DNA from: Antechinus flavipes
Taxonomy: Eukaryota
Direction of reading: 5' to 3'
DNA length: 64,000 bases
NCBI RefSeq assembly: GCF_016432865.1
Contig: NC_067402.1
Span: 217,496,001 to 217,560,000 of the forward strand
Position 1 is the stretch's first letter, and every line of letters begins with the position of its first letter. The notes under the pieces were generated by a model. It was not told the origin of the DNA, ran no database searches, and was given only the letters and a program-made list of their open reading frames with translations. This document shows positions 55,331 through 64,000 of the stretch, one piece after another. The position numbers and the translations under genes are program-made.

Positions 55331-57659
55331 AGCTATTTGTTTAGATAACATATATAGCAGATCCAGTCAGCACAGTTATGACTTCTGAGCCAGATGGAGG
55401 GAGTAAACTAGGGTTGGGGTTTGGCAAGGGGTAAATTCAAGAAAAAAAAAGGAATTGAGCTGGTTAACTAAAGGGAAAAAAATAAGGGAGGAAAATGGAG
55501 CAAAAGTAAAAGCCAAAGTGATGGCTTGGAAAAGCACTAAGAGGTAGAAAGATGTCACAATAAAGACAAAGGTGGTTTCAGAGAAAGGTGTAGGGAGATA
55601 TGGAATGATAGATTATGACTGGATAATAGATTTTCCCAAATTTTTCATTATGGAAGTCGAACACTGTGGGCAATGGCAAAATGTAACTGAAATGTAGGTT
55701 AGTAAGTCATGGAAACTGGACAAAGTTTTATTGGTAAATTTTAACAATCTGCTCTCTGAAAAAAAATGTATGACACAAAACTTTAATTTGCATTATTAAT
55801 ATCTCCATCACTTTCTTACATCTAGACAATCAGCAAGATGATTAATCAAGCCTTGATTTTTAGCATTTGCCATTTTCTAGGGTGTAAATGCTCATCCCTG
55901 AAAATTTTAAAGAGGATTTTAAAATAAATTTGAAAGTAAGGATAAGCTGTTTTCACTCCTTTAACTACCCTCTGCTCCCGTCCTGCATCCTGGGTAAATT
56001 GAGGGAACAGAAGCTTACTAGGTGATAATCATATAGTGTTTTAAGGTTTGCAAAATGCTTTCTATATATTTTCTCATGTGATTTCACAACAATGCTAGGA
56101 ACTAGGTACTCTTATTGTAACTATATAGAAAAGGAAACTAAGACCGAAAAACTACCCAGAATCTTTGAATTAGTAAATGGCTAAGGTAGAAATCAAACTC
56201 ATGTCCTCCTGACCCCTATTTTATACACATACACATGCGCTTGCTCTCATATGAGTGCGCATGCACGCACACACGCAGCCTCTAGTTAAAATGTTTGAGG
56301 GAATTGGAAATTTTAAAAATTAATTTTGTGTGTCAGGAGAAAATTCCAGTAGAATTATGGGTAATTATTTCCCCTCCCATTATGATAAAATATATCATGC
56401 CTTTGTGTCAGGCTTGTGATCTCTTTCCCTAACTTCTCATCTATTTTTTTCCAGAACATAATCCGAATGCATTATCATTTCAGTTTCTGTTTCCACTGAT
56501 CCCTACCCTCACGTTTTTTGTTTTTTACCTACCCTTTTAGTTCCTCATTCTCACTTAAGACAACGCAAAAAAAATTATGAGATAGGTACTATGGTATCTT
56601 GATTCCTATTTTACAGTAAAATGAGATTCAGAGAGATTAAGTGGCTTACTTGCACATACAACTAAGTACTATTAGAAGCAAGTTTTGAATACAGGTTTCA
56701 CTTTTCCTCCAAAAATCAGCACTCTTCCCATTATATAACACTACCAGAAAGACAATCCCAGGACCATAATACCAAACCCCATAGTACAGATGTATGGAGA
56801 TAGGGGGCCAAATGTAACAGTGTCTGAATGTCATTCTACTTCAAAAAAGCTATGTTTTAGTAAGGAAAACAAAAGTTAGTCTTAAGTCCTGAAGGAAATG
56901 GAAAAACTAGAAGATTGCTTTTGTTTCTGCCTCCATAGATATCCAATCCAGTGCTTTTCATCATGCTTTCCTCTTTTGGTTTCCAAATTTTATCATTAGA
57001 ATATATCTCTTTCCCTCCCCCCACCATTTGCTCTTCCTTTTGACTCATTCTGTGCCTTCTGAAAAAAGTTTAGCTTTCTCTGAGTATACTCTTGTCCTGG
57101 ATCTCATTAATTAAAGTAAAAGCAGATTGTTTCAAAAATAAAACTAGAATGTTACTAATTTCAAAATATTCTTAAGAAGCAGCCATTTAATTAAGCCACT
57201 CATCATCGAATACCAGAAAATTCTAGAAATTCTAGAATATTTCAGATACAAAGGCTTCTTGTTCTAATATTGTTTGGCCCTTCATTTCATGAATTGCTTT
57301 TATTTAATCCTACATCCTTGAGGATATATGTTAACACGATAAATATATCTTTTTAACTTGTTTCTGTTTCTGCTCTGTTCTTGAATTGCAACTATAATGC
57401 AGTCAGATGATGCAGTCAGAGATAACTGCTTTGATTCTTTAGAAGTCCATTGAAATGGTATATGAATCACTAGACTTCACTGTTTAGTTGGAATTCTTGG
57501 CTGATAAGACAGAATCCATACCAGCCAAAATTCCTTCTAGCAATTGCTCAATACATTAATAAATCTGTTTCTAATAGATCTGATCCCCTAAACACAATAT
57601 AAGAGTGATTCAATTAATTTGCTGCTTGTTTTCTTGCATTAGTATTTCCAATTCCTCTT

Positions 57660-58360
57660 CCATGTTTTTCTTTTGTTTTTTAAATAAATTTTATTGGTAT
57701 TTTTTGTCTTTACATTGTCCAAAGTTCTTCCTGTATCACTCTCCCAGAAAGCCATCCTATACAACAAAGAATTTTTTAAAAAGAAAAAATATCAGCAAAA
57801 AAGAATACATTTAGAAAATATGACTTTATGCAGTATTCTACATCTCCGCAAAGTAGGGGAAGTATCTTCTCATATCTCTTTTTTGGGGACAAGCCTGTTC
57901 TTTGTAATTTTGCAATCTTTATTTTCAATTGTCTTATGTTCTTTCCATTTACATTGTTGTATGCCATATCCATGCATGTATGTATATACACATATATACG
58001 AATGTGTATTTCTTGGCTTTGTTTAATTCATGTCTTTTCATATCAGTTCAAGTCTTTTCATATTTTTTATCCATTGTATTGTTACTTAATAGCACAGTAA
58101 AATCCATTATTTACATAACACAAACTTGTTTAGCCATTCCCCAGTTGGTGGGCATTTACTTTTTTTTTCTTCCCAATTCTTTGCTATCACACAAAATGCT
58201 ATAAATATTTTGTTGTTTATAAGGCCTTTCTTTTTACAGTAACTTCCCAGGAATATATTACTAGCAATGGAATCCCTGGGTTAAAGGGTTTATATTTTAG
58301 ATGCTTTACTTATACTATTCTAAATCAAGAATGCTTATACTAATTTATAACTCCTAAAAA
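57660..58360 (-). mobile_element. LINE-1 3' fragment
   Basis: T-rich start and L1 3' motifs (tttagccattccccagttggtgggcattt, gctataaatattttg, gcaatggaatccctgggttaaaggg). Confidence 0.7.
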
Positions 58361-59479
58361 GCATTAGCATGCCTTCTTTTCCTGTCCCACTCACCCACTC
58401 TTTAACATTGGGCCTTACTAACCATTTCTTAGAGTATTTATATAGATCCAGCCATCTGGGACCTTAAAGTTCAATTGTTGGCGCCTCCCTTAGATTTCAT
58501 CTCTTGTTAATTTTTAATGTGAAAATAACAGAAAGGCTCTGAAAAGGCAGAGAGAAAAATCCTGACCTGTATTAGATGTTAAGGATGTATATGGTACATA
58601 TGAAATAGGAGATAGGCAAGAGCATTGAACATTTGGAGATAATAGATATGAACTAAGGAAATAGACAGGGAAACCAACTAATACTGCACATCCCTAAAAT
58701 GTTTCTCTATTGATATTCTTCCCCTTATATTTTATCTACTCTTTATAATATTTAGTTTGGTCAATATATTAGCAAGACTTTTTTTTCTCCCCCTTTTCAG
58801 CTTAAAACCCCTTTGATTAGATTCAAAGGACTTCAAATATATTTTTACTAGCTTTTATTAGGTGAACTCCCTGGCCAGGGGATTTTCAAATATTTTAATG
58901 TGATCTACAAGTCCAAATCCCATTTACTGAATCATGGATTTGGTGTCAAAAGGGACCTCAGACATTCAGATCAATGTCCTCAATTTATGAGGTAACTACA
59001 GTTTAAATATACTAAGTCATTTGCTTATTCAAGTGGAATCCAAAATTTGAACCCAGGTCCTCAGATTCCAAATCCAGCACTCTTCACTAAACTACCTTGT
59101 CAGGTGTTCCCTTCTTGAATCCAGCTTTCTCTTCTGACATTCTCACCTTTTATTAGCCACGGTGATGAAAATACCAGTTGTTTCCCTAAAGTCTTCTATT
59201 TCTTGTCTTCAAACTCTGTAATCTTTAATAATGCTTCTTAGATCCTCCTAGAAGCATCATTTGTGCTCCTGTGAATCACCAGAAGTGGGTAGTAGCTTAT
59301 CCAGTTTGACAAGTCTTGGGAATTCTATGTCAAATCTTGGATACATGCCTTGGGAAAACAAAAAACCTTTTGTTCTCAGGTCCACAGATAGCTGCCTCGG
59401 TACCACCTATCTCAACTATCTCTCCTCGTCCTATTTTCCAGGTCAGTTGTTTTGGGCATTAGATATTTAATATCCTCTT

Positions 59480-61210
59480 CTATTTTCCAATCTTTTGATT
59501 TTTATTATTTGTTCTCCCCATGAAGCCACTGATTTATGTTTGGTCGATTTTAATTTTCAAGAAATTATTTAGGTAAGGTTTCTATTAAGAGCTACATATT
59601 CTTTTCCCCATTCTTTCCTCCAGATCACCTATTTCATTTTTTTGTCTCTTAATTTCTTTCAGGTATTCATGTTGTCCTTCTGGGGAAAAAAAAATCCCTT
59701 TTTTTCTTTTGAATCTCTATTTGTAGTTATGGGGTGATCTTTGGATTTAATATAATTCCCTATAGTATTCTATATCACCTTAATTCAAAAGTTAGGACTT
59801 TGTACCAATACCTGGATTTACCTCCTTTTGTACTTTTGGGTGAGGTGGTTAGCCCTACTTTTTTTCAACTTGTTTCAACTTGGGTTCCTGTGCTAACTCC
59901 TCTCCCCAGATTTGACTCTTCTGGATTTTTTGAGGTTCAGAGCACTGGATCTCTGGGCCTTATAGAGTGTTTTAGGACTGAGTGCTAGGGACCAGAATCT
60001 TTGGGCTTTTGGTGTCTTAGTCTGAGTGCTGTGTCAATAGCAAGCACAGTCAATTGATTTCTGCTACTCTTTGATTTCTCAGATTTACAGTGTATACTAA
60101 TCACCTTGACACTTTCTTGTAGAGTTCCTCTGCTCATATGCCCTTGGACACAGCCTCATGTCTGCTGGATTTCTGGTTGTGTTGGATTGCCTTGGTCTTG
60201 TTTGCCAGTTCTGGCACTAATTTTTCCGGTGGATCTTTCCTGTATATACTTCTAGCTGACTTTTTTCTTTCATTTCTTCAGTTTAAGAAGTTATCCACTA
60301 TAATTTCTTAGTGGTTTTCTTGACCATTATTAGGTCTAGTGACACTTTTAGGTTTTGTTGGAAAATGAGAGTGTTGGTCTGCTTGATTTCATTCAGGTAG
60401 CTATCTTGACTAGAACTCTCAATGTAGTCACCAACCCCCATTTTGCTTCCTTTCTTCTTTTAACCACTACTGGATGACCTCCCACTCAAGAGATACAGAT
60501 TATCATTTTCCAGGAGACAAATAGTTATTTCCCTGTCAAAGAATGCTGGTTCCCTCCAAAATGAGAAGAGCAACTGTTTCTTTGCTCCAAGGGTTTAGCG
60601 ATACCTTTCTCCTTTTTTCTATATCATAACTTCTCTGTTCCAACCTTCTGATATAGATCAAAATTTCCTTCTGCCTTTTTGTTTTCACATTGAAGATACT
60701 CTTGCACATTTAAAAAGAAAACTTCATTATCCTTGATATCATAATGGAAGAGTGTTCCTTGAGCTCTTTTGTTTTTTTCTTCCAGGAGGCAGATCTACTT
60801 GAATTTTGAGTACTTGATTTGCCCATGACAAATCAAATATCTCAAGGTCTACACAGTTTCAATAAATTGCTCTGAGCTCCAATCTTGCTTGAAGTGAAGC
60901 CCTCAGTTCTGTTGTTTTTGCTGTTAACCATCTTGGAAAACTGTGGCAACAATTACCAACTTCTCTTCTTGGTCTTCTTGAATCTCTTTGATTCTAGGTT
61001 TTTCCCATTTCCTTCAAATGAAATTCTTTTCATCTCCTTAGGACCTTAAATTCCTTCTGCTCAAGTTTTCAACTTACTCTCCTTCAGCTTGAATCTTAAT
61101 TTTTCTGCAATTTCTCAAGTCCTCCCAATGTCTCTTCCTCCCAAAAAATCTCTGGCCTTTTCCACAATTCTAAAGCCCTCAAAATCTTCACAATTTCTTC
61201 TCCTCTTATG
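59480..61210 (-). mobile_element. LINE-1 5' UTR/ORF1 fragments
   Basis: T-rich plus strand, start-like GCTATCTTGACTAGAA near 60400, degenerate Lys/Glu-rich frames. Confidence 0.55.
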
Positions 61211-62424
61211 GTTTTTCTCCCATACAAGTGTTTTCTGCTAAAAGCCACTAATAGCCTCCTGCTGATGACAAATGACCGCCAATCATGGAACACTATGATT
61301 TTCAAGATTTCAAGTGATGCAAAGGACAATTTAGAAATAGTGAGTATAAGAAGTAACTTCTGGTGGCTTGGTGGCAAGAAATGTCATTTAAGATTTTTTT
61401 TTTACTTTTGATTTCATTAGTATAGACTATTTTAAAGTCTTTAAAAGTTTTAAAGTTGCTTTCAAAACCAAGAAGTTAAATGATTTAATCTGCATCACAG
61501 CCAGTATGTGTTAGAGGCAAGACTCAGAACTTCCTGACCTTGATTTTGAGGCAATTTCTCCTAAAATTATATCTAGCAAATGTAAATCTAAGAAGGAAAT
61601 AGACTGTTTAACTAACAACATGAAAGATCATGGAGTATCAAAGAGCTTCACCAGTACCTCCAGAACATAACAAGACCTAGACAGAGAAGGGCTTTCAGTA
61701 CATTTGTTATATCCTTTATAAAAGATTTATGGGAGAGCAGTAATAAGTTTTATATGATAAGGGATAGATAAGTTGAAATCTGGATGAAGTAACCATATGT
61801 TTAAGACCACAGGTCCACTGAAGTAGAGAACAGCATTAACTAGTATTCCTAAAGCATTTTAAGGTTTGCGAAGTGTTATACTAACATTCTCATATTGTCT
61901 GCACAACCACTCTGAGAGGTGTGTATTATTATTATTCCCATTTTACCAATGAAGAGGCAAAGAAAAAGTTAAGAAACTTACTTAGATCACATAGCTAGTA
62001 AGTGTCTGAGGTTGGACATGAACTCCAATTTTCTTTTCAGACCAGGGACACTACTTCACCATTTATAGATGAATACCCAAATTCATTAGGTTACTTGTCC
62101 AAGTGAATGAGAAGCTAGGCAATATATATTTTTTGATTATTTTTCAATCTGGATACAAGATGATCAATCTCAAAATGTTGCTTTCACTTAAAGGAACATA
62201 TAGCAACTATGCTTTCTAGGAACTGATGAGGATGTGTTGCTCCTTAGGTGAACCATGTCCCTTTATTTCTAGATATGTCTCAACCCTAATCCAGATTCAC
62301 ACCATAGTTCTATACAACAGTATTATTTTTAAACCTAATTCTTTTCACCACCACCATTCCTTTTCCCTTTTCCTATGGATATCAGAAGGAAAAATAATAC
62401 ACCAAATATAGTAGATACCATCCC

Positions 62425-62610
62425 CTACTGTTGTTTGCTCTTCATTCTTGAAGAGGACCATGACATTAGAGAGGTGATGCCATGACATGCAAGTGAATTG
62501 GATTTAAGTGAGGAGGGCTATGCAAAATCACCAGCCCCACTTTCTCCTCTGGAGTCATCTGGATGGCCAGTGGCAAAATATAGATCAGGATGACTAGAGA
62601 TGGCCCTGGA
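62425..62610. mobile_element. RTE-related marsupial SINE (WALLSI-like)
   Basis: ttcattcttgaagaggaccatgacatt..aagtgaattggatttaagtgagg..cactttctcctc..gatcaggatgactagagatggccc. Confidence 0.65.
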
Positions 62611-63059
62611 GACTTTTGTCTTTTTAAGCTAAAATGTTTAAAAGGTCTGTTTGAAATAATGCCTAGTAATTAAGACTAATAACACCACCCAGTACTACTA
62701 CTGCAGAGACAAGGTCTTCCTTAGTCACAGAAGTTCCTCAGTCCTGTGATCTTCCCCCAGGACAGAATACTACCAGCTATGTCTCCCTATAAGCTAGAAG
62801 GTAAGGCTGGCTTTCTAGAATGTCTACTCAAATATCACTAGTAGAGAAAAGATGGAGATGGAGTCTTGAATATCTGTGTTCAAGCATTCTCTCTTCCTGC
62901 TTACCTCACCAAAGACAGCTATTATATTTAAATAAATGGAACAAGACTAATTCCAGAAAGGTCATCATAGGAAATCTTGAACTTGAAATAGGAAGGCAGA
63001 GTCTACATCTTCACTATTATAGCCAGCTCAGTATACCATATTTTAGAAAGATTATTAAC

Positions 63060-63410
63060 TAAAGAGCATCCAAAGGAACCAGGTCAGTGAAGTACTTGAA
63101 TATCATGATATACTTAAATCAAATGAAGTTAAAAGATGTTTAGCTAAGAGAATAGGTGGAGATAGCTAATAGCTGTCTTTAAGGATATGAAGAACTGATT
63201 GTATGTTCTACTTAGACCCAAAGGACACAATCAGGAGGAATATGTAAAGTTGGCAAGAGGCAAGTTTAGGGGTAAGCTAAGAAAAAACTCAATACATATC
63301 AGAGCTATCCAAAAGAGGAATGGATGGCTCAAGGCAAAAGTAGATCCTTATTTTCTCGAGGTCTTCAAGCAAGGGCTATACAAACACTTATCAAATATTC
63401 TGTAGTCTCC
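63060..63410 (+). mobile_element. L3/MIR3-type 3' fragment
   Basis: same family motifs as 41470-41790. Confidence 0.6.
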
Positions 63411-64000
63411 TTCCAAGAGTGGAAGCACTAGATAACTTCTGAGGTCCTGTACATCTCAGCCCACAAGTGGTAGCTCATCTGGCTCATTCAACTAAGCTTT
63501 GTTTTCCCTTAGTTACCACTTCTGTCATAGAATTAGGACAATACTATGCAATCAATATTTAATTGCACACCTACCTGGATCTGCTCCACATCTTTACTGG
63601 TATCTTAAGACAAAGGTGACTGGTCATTGTCAGGCTGACTCTTGCCTCACTCTTCCCCACAATGAGTTTTTCCTCAAATGTTATCTTAAAGTTTTATACT
63701 GTTTCAACCCACAGTAATAACACAATTTCCAATCCAAAAAGGGGTTTTGTTTTGGTTTTTTTTGTTTTTTGTTTTTTTTTACAATTCCCTCTTCCAAAAT
63801 TTACAAAAAAAAAAAAAGAGGACAAATCTTTTCCATTTACAGCTATTTTCCAATTATAGAAGTGGTTTTGGTTAACACATCTAGTTTGAGTCTTCTCTTT
63901 CTTCATAATTCTTTAACTGAAGGTGTGGTTCATGAATTGAAGCAAGGCTGCTTTCTGCAAACAGCTCCTGGGGGGAGGGGGAGGGGGAATTGACAATCCT

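Overview
Mammalian genomic window carrying six recognisable spliced protein-coding genes in the order of the human 12q13-14 block, reversed: METTL1 (+, exon 1 lies left of the window), CYP27B1 (+), MARCHF9 (-), CDK4 (+), TSPAN31 (-) and AGAP2 (+, two alternative first coding exons, PIKE-A-like and PIKE-L-like). All exon joins were checked by hand for GT-AG sites and phase, and every reading frame is intact. The repeats (CORE-SINE/Mar1-like, RTE-type SINE, marsupial-type L1 tails, an OC1-like hAT MITE) point to a marsupial, probably a dasyurid; this is an inference. The last 14 kb is repeat-rich with no recognisable exon, and there is a 217-nt assembly gap in AGAP2 intron 6. Best leads: (1) a phase-consistent chain of exon-like segments on the minus strand between TSPAN31 and the AGAP2 long-isoform promoter, straddling the AGAP2 short-isoform first exon, which may be an unannotated or decaying gene; (2) a perfect 43-bp inverted repeat 1.1 kb apart between the MARCHF9 and CDK4 promoters; (3) a U12-type intron in TSPAN31; (4) a distant-branch-point, RBFOX-flanked 60-nt AGAP2 exon; (5) an RFX X-box cluster; (6) two strong-Kozak uORFs in the MARCHF9 leader. 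Comparisons to human proteins and repeat families are from recall, not from a search.
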